From NCBI GenBank assembly GCA_029250605.1, contig JAQXEZ010000016.1:68272-132271 (forward strand): a stretch of 64,000 bases of DNA. Reading direction: 5' to 3'. Below the pieces are notes generated by a model, which searched no databases, was not told the origin of the DNA, and was given only the letters and a program-made list of their open reading frames with translations. The number at the start of each line of letters is the position of its first letter. The stretch's first letter is position 1. Positions 32,634-42,785 of the stretch are shown here, one piece after another. Source of the DNA: Candidatus Thalassarchaeaceae archaeon (GTDB lineage: Archaea; Thermoplasmatota; Poseidoniia; Poseidoniales; Thalassarchaeaceae). The position numbers and the translations under genes are program-made.

Positions 32634-35162
32634 ATGGCCACGAGTGCGTCACCACGTCCAGGAGTTCAGGAGAGGATTTTCCTTCACCTTAGTGACTACA
32701 TAGACCATAGTGACAAGGTCGAAGTCCCATTTGCATTGTCTCAGATGGGGATAGCCAACGCGGTGTCAATCGCTCGCTCTAATGTGCCTCGTGCAATTTC
32801 TGGAATGAAGGAGGCAGGACATCTTATCGAGAGGCAAGCACATGTGACGGGGGTATCTCGGAAAAGGAAGGCATACTTCCTCACCGATGAAGGAGCCAAG
32901 GTTGCAGATGAGGTCTGGACAAGGGTTTCAGAGACAAATGTAAGGGTAGTTTTCTCCGACGGTCGTTCTGAGAATACATCCCTGGCCGAAGCAATCGAGT
33001 CCTCAATCCTACCTCTAAGGCATGTCGATATGCTGAGATATATGGATGATTCAGGTACTATCGACCTATCTGGCCTGACTTCCGAGTTGGTAGAGAGAGA
33101 TCTATCGAAACACATTGAGAAGCAGTTAGTTTCGTATCTGAATGACCTTCCAAGAACAAGAAGATTCTACGGGAGGGAAAAGGAACTAGATGTGATGGCA
33201 AATCTCCTGGAAGCCAATTCTGCTTCTATCCTTGTACCAGGAATAGCCGGAATCGGAAAGACCGCTCTTTCGACAAAAATACTCGACAGATTTACTCATA
33301 GGAGAAATCTGCTCTATCATCGGTGCCAGGATTGGGAGGGTTCCCGAGCATTCCTTGAGGCATGCGCAGAATGGCTCTCTGCGGTGGGAAATAACGACCT
33401 TTCTGACTATCTTGCCTCATCACCAGTACCACAAACGAACATGGCCGTCAATCTAATCGCTAACGGTTTGTCCGAAGCTCCATCTTTGATAGTAATAGAC
33501 GATTTGCATAAGGTTGGTGATGAAACCCTTTTCTCCATTCTCAGGGAACTTACTCTTAGGATAAACACGCTGAAGGAAGTTGGGCTAGTGATGTTCTCTC
33601 GTTCCTTCAGGATGGTAGTTCCAGAATCCGACCAGTCGGGCAATATCGTAACTCTAGTAATGCCCCTTCAAGGATTAGATGCCGAATCAAGTAGGCAGAT
33701 TCTGACAGCAATGCCAAAAATGGATTCGGACCAGTTTACCCACATATATTCTCTATCTAGGGGGCACCCACTGATTCTAGAGTTGATCAATAGGGGAAAT
33801 GTGGCTGAGACATTCCATGCCACATTGGAGGCCTTCGTTGAAAAGGAGATTTTCAGTAGACTATCAGGTCCCGAGAAAAGACTACTAGGTGCCATTGCAG
33901 TTTTCCGTGAGCCCATTCCTGTGCAGGCAATCCATCAAGCAGAGGGAAGCGTAGACCTACTGGATGACTTAGTCGAGAAGGGTTTGGCACGCCAATCTGA
34001 TGCTGAGAATTTTGATGTTCACGATCTCGTCCGTGAATTCTTGTTAAGATCGATGGACAAGGAATTGAAGAATTCCTTACATTCCTCGGCTGTGAATTGG
34101 TACAGGGAAAAGAAAGATGATGCTGCAGATCGTATTGAGTTCATTTACCACCTTAGCCATACAGGAGACGAGGAAGGCATTGCCGAGGTCCTAGTTTCGG
34201 AGGGTCATGGATTGGTTAGCACCGGTCACACCGAATTACTAACTATTCTAAATTCACTCGAAAGCAGTGATTTTGATTCCAGTAGCAGAGGCCTAATTAG
34301 GGAACTAAAGGGTGATATTTTGACTATCCAAGGTAGGTGGGATGAAGCCGAAGAAGAATACGATGCCGCAACAAAACACATTGGCGGAGGTTCCCCTGGC
34401 CGCGAACTTGCCCGCCTGCTTTCAGCAAGGGCAGATATTGCGGTAAAGAGGGGAGCAATGGATGATGCCCTCGAACTACACCGAAAAGCCCTGGAGATCC
34501 AGATAGGCATTAGGGATGCTGTCGGAGCAGCAAGAAGCTACAACAATATGGGGCATATATTCCGTCGAAGGAGGGACATTCGTAGAGCACTAGAGGTGTA
34601 TGGGAATGTCGAGAATCTTCTGGAAAAGGAGAAAGACCCAGATCTGAATGACGCTAGAATAAGGCTGGCATCGGCCTTCATAGAAATGGGGGAGTTAGAC
34701 AGGGCAAGGGAGCACGCCCTTTCTGCTTATGAGAATACTAAGGATTCAAACCAAGATTTCACCCATGCTAGATCAAGAGCAGTCCTAGGAAGGTACTATG
34801 CCAAGATATCAGATAACGACCTTGCACTATTCCATTACTCCGGGGCCCTGGATACTCTCTCCGACCAAAATGACCCCCAAAGTACAGTGGAGGTCGAGAT
34901 GCTGCTAGGACAGGTGCTAATTGATGCAGGACGCAGGGAGGAGTCTGCAGAGCACTATCTCAATGGTCTAGCAGTCGCTGAATCAAACGACTTCCGTATG
35001 CTCCAAGGAGAATTACTGGCAAGGCTAGGTGAGGTGGAGTCCGATCGCTCTCAGAGGATGGATTATCTTCAGAGGTCCCTTTCTCTATTCAGAGACCTAG
35101 GCGCTGTAGGGAGGATGAAAGAAGTACAGAATTCAGTCCACAGAGCGGTGATGGGAAGATAG
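32634..35162 (+). CDS. wHTH - P-loop STAND/AAA_16-type NTPase - TPR repeat protein (MalT/AfsR-like signal-transduction ATPase)
   Basis: N-terminal winged-helix-like LSQMGIANAVSIARSNVPRAISGMKEAGHLIERQ. FYGREKEL..ILVPGIAGIGKTAL (Walker A). SLIVIDDLHKV (Walker B). C-terminal TPR-like repeats (AARSYNNMGHIFRRRRDIRRALEVY, LASAFIEMGELDRAREH, and others). Confidence 0.8.
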   Translation: MATSASPRPGVQERIFLHLSDYIDHSDKVEVPFALSQMGIANAVSIARSNVPRAISGMKEAGHLIERQAHVTGVSRKRKAYFLTDEGAKVADEVWTRVSETNVRVVFSDGRSENTSLAEAIESSILPLRHVDMLRYMDDSGTIDLSGLTSELVERDLSKHIEKQLVSYLNDLPRTRRFYGREKELDVMANLLEANSASILVPGIAGIGKTALSTKILDRFTHRRNLLYHRCQDWEGSRAFLEACAEWLSAVGNNDLSDYLASSPVPQTNMAVNLIANGLSEAPSLIVIDDLHKVGDETLFSILRELTLRINTLKEVGLVMFSRSFRMVVPESDQSGNIVTLVMPLQGLDAESSRQILTAMPKMDSDQFTHIYSLSRGHPLILELINRGNVAETFHATLEAFVEKEIFSRLSGPEKRLLGAIAVFREPIPVQAIHQAEGSVDLLDDLVEKGLARQSDAENFDVHDLVREFLLRSMDKELKNSLHSSAVNWYREKKDDAADRIEFIYHLSHTGDEEGIAEVLVSEGHGLVSTGHTELLTILNSLESSDFDSSSRGLIRELKGDILTIQGRWDEAEEEYDAATKHIGGGSPGRELARLLSARADIAVKRGAMDDALELHRKALEIQIGIRDAVGAARSYNNMGHIFRRRRDIRRALEVYGNVENLLEKEKDPDLNDARIRLASAFIEMGELDRAREHALSAYENTKDSNQDFTHARSRAVLGRYYAKISDNDLALFHYSGALDTLSDQNDPQSTVEVEMLLGQVLIDAGRREESAEHYLNGLAVAESNDFRMLQGELLARLGEVESDRSQRMDYLQRSLSLFRDLGAVGRMKEVQNSVHRAVMGR

Positions 35163-35969
35163 TCACGCTGCTACAATGCTATTAGGCTCAGTCTGTCCAG
35201 TCCAATAACTAAATTCAGGACCAAGTTGCTTAGAAATAGAGATATTTCCAGCAAACTGATCGCCAATTGCCATCAAGACTTCGCTCTCAGCCAAATGCGG
35301 AGCGTTATTCTTCTCTGAAAGGTGACAAAGGACAATACTCTCCAAATCGTCGTGCAAAACTTCCAGTAGTATCTCTCCAGCTTGCCTATTGGAAAGGTGC
35401 CCACCTCTTCCTGAAATCCTCCTCTTCAGGGAGTCAGGATAAGGTCCTCCAACTAATCTATGATGATCGTAGTTTGCCTCAATAGAAATGTGGTTACAAC
35501 CAGATAAATGTTTGATTAGGTCTTGCGGTGCTTCTCCCAAATCTGTAACAATTGCCGCTCGATCCCCATTACTATCACTGGCAATTAGGGCCACATTATC
35601 TGCATCATCATGAGGTACGGGGACCGGCAGCATACTCAGCTCTGATGAGAACTGAACCCTCTCTAGATTGCCAAATGTCGTACACTCTTCCACTAAATCC
35701 CAATCCATTTTCGATGCAGTTACTAGATTACAGTGTAGTCTCGAACCCCACTTCTTTGAGGCCCTAAGTGCCGAACCAGAGTGATCTTTGTGATGATGAG
35801 TTACCACAATAGAATCAATAGAATTCGGCTCAAATCCTGCTATGTCAAGCCTCTTTTCTGTCTGTTTGAGGCTGAAACCGCAATCGACTAGGACATTGCA
35901 GCCCCCAGAACTGACAATTGTTGCGTTTCCACGACTGCCAGATCCCAAGTGAGTTATCCCAATACCCAT
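35163..35969 (-). CDS. Metallo-beta-lactamase-fold hydrolase (YycJ/PhnP-like)
   Basis: MGIGITHLGSGSRGNATIV N-terminus. VVTHHHKDHSG (HxHxDH). Stop codon abuts the STAND gene stop (convergent). The upstream TTG at 36023 is less likely. Confidence 0.8.
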   Translation of the reverse strand: MGIGITHLGSGSRGNATIVSSGGCNVLVDCGFSLKQTEKRLDIAGFEPNSIDSIVVTHHHKDHSGSALRASKKWGSRLHCNLVTASKMDWDLVEECTTFGNLERVQFSSELSMLPVPVPHDDADNVALIASDSNGDRAAIVTDLGEAPQDLIKHLSGCNHISIEANYDHHRLVGGPYPDSLKRRISGRGGHLSNRQAGEILLEVLHDDLESIVLCHLSEKNNAPHLAESEVLMAIGDQFAGNISISKQLGPEFSYWTGQTEPNSIVAA

Positions 35970-36141
35970 TGATTCACGTGCGGTTACAGACGACCTTTCA
36001 ACAAATCCATGCCCATAGGCCAATATTTGCTATTTTCAAACACCAGAAACCATTCTAGGCCCTTCTAACGACATATGTCCGAACGACGCTCCATCACCAT
36101 GATAAATCTCTGAACCCGGGATTTTGCATAGAGGTGGGCGG

Positions 36142-39100
36142 ATGCGTAGGAAGCAAACAGCTTTACTAGTCACAATGTTGATTTTTTCTAGCCTCGTATT
36201 CATCTCTCAGACTCGTCCACAATCCCCAGTATCCTCCACAGACCCAAATATGGCTGAGGGTACAGAATCTCCAGTTACCGACCAAGACGGGGACTTAATG
36301 CCTGATCTATTTGAGGTAATTTTTGGAGAATCTGTTGAAATTGAGACTGCAACATTCCAGGGTACCATACTCGGTCTCAATCCATCCGATTCTACTGATA
36401 ATTCAACAGATTACGACAGGGATGGATTAACTGCTTTGCAAGAATACTGCTGGCCTTATACTTTGGATAATTGCTTCGAAGAACGCAATACACTAACGGG
36501 AAAATCTCCAGAGGAAAGTGAATCCGGATTGAGGGAGTATCTTGACCCCAGATCTTCGGATACCGATGGCGATGGCTTGCCCGATGGATACGAAGTACAC
36601 ATGTGCACTTTGGGGGGCCTATACAAAAAAGATCCAAATGACCCTTTGAATCCAAACAATTTCTGGGAATGCCGATATTTCGATCCACTCGATCCTAGCG
36701 ATATCAATATCGATTTTGACAGGTGTGAGGCGGACTTCAGTTGGGGTTGCGGGGATGGGTTCGATTTCAATAGTGATGGGAACATTGACCTCGGAGAAAT
36801 GTTCACCAATGTGGAGGAATACTCACTGGGAACTCCTGATGACTGGATTACTGAGAGGGACGGACTCTGGTGCTGGGGTTCAATTCAAGGACTCTCTGAA
36901 GACTCGTGTCAGACTCAGTTTGAGAGACCAACTGGAGAATCAGGATGGATGGGATCTGACCCTAGATTCTCCGACTCCGACTACTTCTACTGGGATGAAA
37001 TAGCCCCTGCTCCATTAGATGTATTGGGAGATGGGATCCCTGATGGTTGGGAGGCCCAATATGGGCTCGACCCTTTGAATTCCAGCGATGCGATTATTGA
37101 CAGCGATTTAGATGGATGGGACAAAGACAAGGACGGCTTCATTACGGCGGATGTAACTATAGGGACATCCCAGTGGGGCGAGTCATTCAGTAATTTCGAA
37201 GAGTTCTCAGTGGACTTCGATGAAAATTCAGGAGTTATTCCAGGAGTGAGGGGTATTGAAATTTCTTCCGATTCCAATAACCCGATTAATTTTGATCATT
37301 CAACCGCAATAAGGTTAGTCGACTCTGCCGTGCATAGTATAATTTCAGACCAATCAAGAGAGAGGTTGTTGGTCGGAAGTAAATATGGGATTACTGCATT
37401 AGATCCATTCAGAGGAATTTCGACGTCATTTGAGTTTCCCTCGGGAATTGAATTAAACACAATGGAAAGGAACTCAGTAGGAAACATAGATTTCCTGATG
37501 TTGGGGTCAAATATGGGCCTACACACGGTAATTCTAGAAAACGGACTCCCAGTTATGGATTCCCTAACTACTCATGAACTGGGAGAAGCAGCTGTTCTAT
37601 TTCACCTCGCCTCTGATTCATTTGATCCAGGCATCCTGATTATGGGCAAGGATGGGGCATGGCGGACGACATTCTCTGAGGCTGAACAATCTCTTTCCAC
37701 CTCTGAAATGATTTTCGTAGAGTCACTCTCATCAATGCTAAGAAAGTCAAACGCGACCGCAACTTCTGCAGGGCATGCCAAGATTTTTGGAAGAACCCCA
37801 ATTCTACTAATAGGGACTGATTTCGGCCTAATTGCCTGGAATTCTACAGATGGTTCTGACAACAATGGGATGCCATGGTGGGTTTTCACAAGAAATAATG
37901 CCGATGAATTTGTTAGCCCGGATATCTTGGATACCACTAAGACCGCAACAGTCAATTCAATAATGGTAGAAATTTCTGAACAGGGCTCCGACGATGTGTG
38001 GTTGGGGATGGGGGGCGGCCTCCATCTAATCACAATGGACCTATTTATTTCCCAACCGAAGGAGGCTATTGACAACGAGAGAATGCTCAATCTAGGGGGT
38101 CTACTAACCGGAGCTAATGATATTCGCTCTATCCTTCCTCTTGAGGGGATGATTGTTCTAGGTTCTTCAGACGGAACTTGGTGCTTAGAAGGGAGTTCGG
38201 AGGGGATTCTGGACATTCGTCAGAACCAGACAGAAATCCCTGGCCTTGTTACCTCACTCACTACTCTGGAAAGAGAAGGCCAAATCTGGGTTTTCGCCGG
38301 CGTCTCACCTGGGCGATTCATGAATATAGCTCCGATGAACCCACATTCCCATGATTCTGACCTTGATGGGATCCCTGATGGTTGGGAGTTCGCATACGGT
38401 CTCGACCCAACGGATCCGTTTGACGCCTCTAGGGACCATGATGCCGACGGAGTTTCAATCGGCGGTGGCAACGGTCCTGGATTCGACAGATTGTGGACAA
38501 ACTTGGAGGAGTATAGGTTCGTCACGCCATCGAATTTTGGACAAAACGGAACCGATCCCAGAATTGCAGACTCCGACGGAGACGGATTAACTGATGGCGA
38601 GGAGTATTGGGGGTGGTTCATTGACTCAACATCATTCGAGTGCTACTACCTCAATCAGAATTATCTATGTGATTCCGATGTTGGTACATCTGCAGAGGAA
38701 GTTCACCTCGGCGGTTGGACCGGAACAGGTTCGAGTGGCGGCAGTGATCTACCAACCGATCCGACAAACCCTGACTCAGATGGAGATGGTATGCCTGATG
38801 GATGGGAAATCAAACATCGTCGATGGATTGGAGACATCTACACTGGGGGCAATGAATGGACATTGGACCCCAATAATCCCAACGATGCTAATGGTGATGC
38901 CGATGGAGACGGACTAACCAATCTATGCGAGTATGAATGGGAAAGACTGCTCGATAGGTCAATTTCCACCGGTATCATCTCTCATGGTGAATCTTCTGAT
39001 TCAGTGCAAAATTGGACCCCAACCGATCCAAATTCTGTAGATTCAGATTCGGACTCGCTTCCCGATGGTTGGGAAGCTCGCTATTCATGCAACTGGCCAT

Positions 39101-41853
39101 CTTCGGATTCAGGAATCAATCCCATGAATGGCTCTGATGCATTGAATAACCCTGATGGGGATGGATTTGATGTCAACAAGAATGGGATTATTGAATCCGA
39201 AGAAGCATTTGTTAATTGGATGGAATATCATATAAAATCCGATATCTTGCTTTCTGATTCAATATATTCAGGAACCATGTATCCAGATAATCACACATCA
39301 TTATTGCCACACCATTCATGGCAAGGTCTGGCAGACGAATCATTCGGAGAAAGAACTGGCGAATACTACCTATCTCTGTGGACAGGATTGCCAAACGAAG
39401 ACATCGGTTCCTCAGATCCGTTAAATTCCGACTCTGATAACGACGGCATGCCTGATGGGTGGGAGGTCTTCCATGCAAGATGGAGTCTTTTCGATAGTGA
39501 TTGGACACTCAATCCAGTCAATGGGGGGGATGGTCTTGGAGATCCCGACTTGGATGGGATGTCAAATTGGGAAGAGTACAATGCAATCGATAGTGATATT
39601 AGTGAATCAGACCCTACCATCTCATCACCCCAGTTCTACCTAACCGATGCTGCAGGGGCTCTACTCGAGACTCCATGGATTGGTGCTGACTCGGCTCTTT
39701 CGTTTGGTCATTTCTTGACTGAAGATCAATCCAATCTGACAGGAACTTCTGCTGACCCTAACAATCCAGATACTGACGGAGATGGTTTGCTCGATGGGAT
39801 TGAAGTGATTTTCACCACTTGGAATTCAAGCGCTGGCGTTTGGACGCTTAATCCATTAATCCCCGATCAGGGTGGTTTCGACTCGGATGGCGATGGTATT
39901 GGTGATCTGGTTGAACTAAACCTGACTGCAAACCTCCCCATTAACGGGGAATCTTATCCTATGGGGGCACCAACATTTGGTGTAGAATCGATAGAAATAG
40001 ATGAGATTGCTTTCGAAAACAGGGTATTCAGGATCCTATTCAGTAAAGAAGGAAGGGCTGAACTAGGAATGGAGCAATACTTGGAGTGGAAATCTGGTTT
40101 ACCAGCAAAGCCGATGCTCCAGGCAATCTTTGGAATCACTGATCCAAAGGATCAGGATACTGATAGGGACGGGATGAGCGATGGATACGAGTACTGGTTC
40201 TCGGAGTGGGATCTAGAGGAAAACCAATGGACGATGAATCCTCTGACTGATTCAGACGTAGATTTCGACTCCGACGACGACTCATTCGATTGCAACGGAG
40301 ACGGAGAAATATCTGACTCTGAATCTTTCGACAATTTGGCAGAGTATGACTCTAGGTGGTATGGGAAGAGGTTGGAGGTAGGAAACGTGCCAAATGGGAC
40401 TTCTGCTGTCTCATATGGTGCCGATGCAGCCAATGCCTTCATTGAAGAGGATGGACTTTCTAATAAATCTGCATGGGGTCAACTTTACTCTCTGTTCTCA
40501 TCCAAAAGCCTCAGTTCTTCTGAAAAGATCGGCCTGATCAACCAGGTCGACCCAGACAACTTCAACAAATCCCTGATTGGAATCAGTGACCCCACTCACG
40601 ATGACTCAGATGGAGACGGTATGCCAGATGGTTGGGAATACTGCTACTCAATTTACGGTGAGGTCTTACCAGTCAACTCATTACGTTGGTCATTAAATCC
40701 TCTCAACCCACTGGATGTTAATTATGATCCAGATGCAGATGGTTGGTTGGACAGGGACATATTAGATACGCCTGCAGTCCAAGGAAATTGGGGTTCCAGA
40801 ATCTTCACACCACTCTCGGAAGGCCAGCAATTCGAAAATGGCGCCAGCTCACTTTATTTCACAAATATAATGGAATATGATAACGGAACTGGCCCATTGG
40901 ATCCAGATTCAGACTCCGACTCAATTATGATGACTCCAGTCATAGTAGATGGTGTGGTTATTGATTATCGCCAAGACATGAGCCTATCAGACGGAAGAGA
41001 GATTTTCAAGTATGGGACAAATCCACTTGACAATGATTCCGATGGGGACATGATGCCTGATTTCTATGAGTATTATAGAGGTTGGAATGAGACTAACGAT
41101 AACTGGTCTTCTTTCATGAAAATCAAAGTTCAGTGGACCGAGGTGACACCTCAGAACTGGAAGCCAATAAAATTCTCAGACGGCGAGATTACAAGACCAG
41201 ATCTGGACTGGATATGGTTTACTCATGATCCAACAGATCCCTCGGACGCTACACAAGACGCAGATAATGATGGCGAGTGGGACTGTACGGGGAGCAGTTG
41301 CGATTACGTCCCATACAACAATTTCCAAGAGTATTACGCAGTTGTCAATGCGACCCTATCTTCGCCTTCGATTGTCAGGGCTTCAACTTTGTTCGACTGC
41401 TCCGGAGAAGAGGTGGAGGAATGGTGGCAACTTCGTGAGACCCTCCTTGGCACCTGTTCAGGTTCAAGCTCACTATCTTACAACTATCTGCGAATCAACA
41501 AAATCAATGACGACGACCCACTCTTTGCTTTGATAGTTCAAGATAATGACTTGACATACTTAGATGTAAACTCTAGTGATGATATTATTCATGTCAATGG
41601 AGAATGGACCGATGAATTCAACAGGCTTGCAGGAGATAGAAATCACTTGCCAAATCCGGGGCTAGGGGAATATGCATTTGGTTGGTGGATTCTAGATATT
41701 GATGGAGACTTGGTTGCTGAAGGTACCGACCCAACAAATTGGGATACCGACGGTGACTGGTTGAATGACTTCTTCGAGATCGACGATGATCTACTTGACG
41801 GAATTAGGGGCAATAGCGGTTCGCCGATTCGCTACGATGATAGGACTTCATGA
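36142..41853 (+). CDS. Giant secreted thrombospondin-type-3 (Ca-binding) repeat protein
   Basis: GAGGTG Shine-Dalgarno 6 nt before the ATG. Signal peptide MRRKQTALLVTMLIFSSLVFISQ. More than fifteen D-x-D-x-D-G-x-x-D-x-x-E units, many as DSDGDGMPDGWE / DTDGDGLPDGYE. No C-terminal TM. Confidence 0.85.
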   Translation: MRRKQTALLVTMLIFSSLVFISQTRPQSPVSSTDPNMAEGTESPVTDQDGDLMPDLFEVIFGESVEIETATFQGTILGLNPSDSTDNSTDYDRDGLTALQEYCWPYTLDNCFEERNTLTGKSPEESESGLREYLDPRSSDTDGDGLPDGYEVHMCTLGGLYKKDPNDPLNPNNFWECRYFDPLDPSDINIDFDRCEADFSWGCGDGFDFNSDGNIDLGEMFTNVEEYSLGTPDDWITERDGLWCWGSIQGLSEDSCQTQFERPTGESGWMGSDPRFSDSDYFYWDEIAPAPLDVLGDGIPDGWEAQYGLDPLNSSDAIIDSDLDGWDKDKDGFITADVTIGTSQWGESFSNFEEFSVDFDENSGVIPGVRGIEISSDSNNPINFDHSTAIRLVDSAVHSIISDQSRERLLVGSKYGITALDPFRGISTSFEFPSGIELNTMERNSVGNIDFLMLGSNMGLHTVILENGLPVMDSLTTHELGEAAVLFHLASDSFDPGILIMGKDGAWRTTFSEAEQSLSTSEMIFVESLSSMLRKSNATATSAGHAKIFGRTPILLIGTDFGLIAWNSTDGSDNNGMPWWVFTRNNADEFVSPDILDTTKTATVNSIMVEISEQGSDDVWLGMGGGLHLITMDLFISQPKEAIDNERMLNLGGLLTGANDIRSILPLEGMIVLGSSDGTWCLEGSSEGILDIRQNQTEIPGLVTSLTTLEREGQIWVFAGVSPGRFMNIAPMNPHSHDSDLDGIPDGWEFAYGLDPTDPFDASRDHDADGVSIGGGNGPGFDRLWTNLEEYRFVTPSNFGQNGTDPRIADSDGDGLTDGEEYWGWFIDSTSFECYYLNQNYLCDSDVGTSAEEVHLGGWTGTGSSGGSDLPTDPTNPDSDGDGMPDGWEIKHRRWIGDIYTGGNEWTLDPNNPNDANGDADGDGLTNLCEYEWERLLDRSISTGIISHGESSDSVQNWTPTDPNSVDSDSDSLPDGWEARYSCNWPSSDSGINPMNGSDALNNPDGDGFDVNKNGIIESEEAFVNWMEYHIKSDILLSDSIYSGTMYPDNHTSLLPHHSWQGLADESFGERTGEYYLSLWTGLPNEDIGSSDPLNSDSDNDGMPDGWEVFHARWSLFDSDWTLNPVNGGDGLGDPDLDGMSNWEEYNAIDSDISESDPTISSPQFYLTDAAGALLETPWIGADSALSFGHFLTEDQSNLTGTSADPNNPDTDGDGLLDGIEVIFTTWNSSAGVWTLNPLIPDQGGFDSDGDGIGDLVELNLTANLPINGESYPMGAPTFGVESIEIDEIAFENRVFRILFSKEGRAELGMEQYLEWKSGLPAKPMLQAIFGITDPKDQDTDRDGMSDGYEYWFSEWDLEENQWTMNPLTDSDVDFDSDDDSFDCNGDGEISDSESFDNLAEYDSRWYGKRLEVGNVPNGTSAVSYGADAANAFIEEDGLSNKSAWGQLYSLFSSKSLSSSEKIGLINQVDPDNFNKSLIGISDPTHDDSDGDGMPDGWEYCYSIYGEVLPVNSLRWSLNPLNPLDVNYDPDADGWLDRDILDTPAVQGNWGSRIFTPLSEGQQFENGASSLYFTNIMEYDNGTGPLDPDSDSDSIMMTPVIVDGVVIDYRQDMSLSDGREIFKYGTNPLDNDSDGDMMPDFYEYYRGWNETNDNWSSFMKIKVQWTEVTPQNWKPIKFSDGEITRPDLDWIWFTHDPTDPSDATQDADNDGEWDCTGSSCDYVPYNNFQEYYAVVNATLSSPSIVRASTLFDCSGEEVEEWWQLRETLLGTCSGSSSLSYNYLRINKINDDDPLFALIVQDNDLTYLDVNSSDDIIHVNGEWTDEFNRLAGDRNHLPNPGLGEYAFGWWILDIDGDLVAEGTDPTNWDTDGDWLNDFFEIDDDLLDGIRGNSGSPIRYDDRTS

Positions 41854-42371
41854 CCTCAACAATTCATTTGCTTCCTTCTCCTCAGATATTCATGACCGAG
41901 GGCACGCGAAACATTCCCGGGCCCGAAGAACCCGTGAACGAAAAGCTCCTTTTCCTCAGAGAGAACATGGTTCACTTGACAAATCAACTCAGCATGCCAA
42001 TAATTGAAGTCGCCCTTGTCATCTCGAAGTACATCCGCATCGTGATGGATTCTCTCCACAAAGCCGCCATCGAGGAAGGAGAGGAATTACCTGACATAAT
42101 CCTCAATCCACTTCCTAGTGATTATCCACAGTCTGAAACGACCTCTGGGATTACTTCATTCCCACTTGAGAAGTTAATTGACAGAGTCGATCAGGATAGG
42201 ATGGACATACTGGATACTCTCGTTAGGACAATACTCAATGAGAGTCAACTGGAATTTGTTTCAGCACTTCGAGAGTTTAGAGATTGGGAACTCGAAATCC
42301 GAAATCAACTATCCGATGTTTCAAGTCCCGGAGGACTGTTTAGCCCACTCTCACTAGATGATGAGTTCTAG
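41850..42371 (+). CDS. Hypothetical cytoplasmic protein (173 aa), start overlaps the TSP3 gene stop (ATGA)
   Basis: ATG at 41850-41852 overlaps TGA at 41851-41853. No recognisable motif and no TM. Confidence 0.5.
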   Translation: MTSTIHLLPSPQIFMTEGTRNIPGPEEPVNEKLLFLRENMVHLTNQLSMPIIEVALVISKYIRIVMDSLHKAAIEEGEELPDIILNPLPSDYPQSETTSGITSFPLEKLIDRVDQDRMDILDTLVRTILNESQLEFVSALREFRDWELEIRNQLSDVSSPGGLFSPLSLDDEF

Positions 42372-42700
42372 CCATTCATTGATTCTGAAGATGCTACTAT
42401 CCCACTGGAAACCCACCAAGCATCTGCTATCGACCAAACGAAAAGAAAAGGCCATAGAAATGCTGGAATTAGTGGGAATTGAATTAGAAACCACTCGCCT
42501 GCCTTCCTATGTTGGCGATTGAAATGTTGCCCCAGGAAGAGGAAGGGAACAAGTGAAAGTGCTACGGCAAAGAGTGGGCGTATTGCACCCCATGGCCCAA
42601 CGCCTCCACTCAACTCGCCCCATATCGTAGAAACCACGCCCAGGGGCCTGAAAACATCGTCTTCTGCAGCCTCCACTTTGACTACGAACTCCCCTTCCAC
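42368..42700 (-). CDS. Hypothetical small membrane protein
   Basis: Two or three hydrophobic segments (AIRPLFAVALSLVPFLFLG, FLIQFPLIPAFLWPFLFVWSI). GTG start. No family recognised. Confidence 0.4.
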   Translation of the reverse strand: MEGEFVVKVEAAEDDVFRPLGVVSTIWGELSGGVGPWGAIRPLFAVALSLVPFLFLGQHFNRQHRKAGEWFLIQFPLIPAFLWPFLFVWSIADAWWVSSGIVASSESMNG

Positions 42701-42785
42701 ATTGGTTGCGATAATTGTAAGCGGATGAATTTGCCGACCAAAATATCATAGAAAACGAGAACAATAGATAGCGATTGCGAAAACC

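Noticed and set aside
36142-41853. Periodic DNA-level repeats (gaytcngatggngayggnatgccngatggntgggaa) considered as a possible CRISPR or tandem-repeat array
   Set aside because: The repeats are in frame, irregularly spaced and degenerate at third codon positions. They reflect protein-level TSP3 units, not a CRISPR array.
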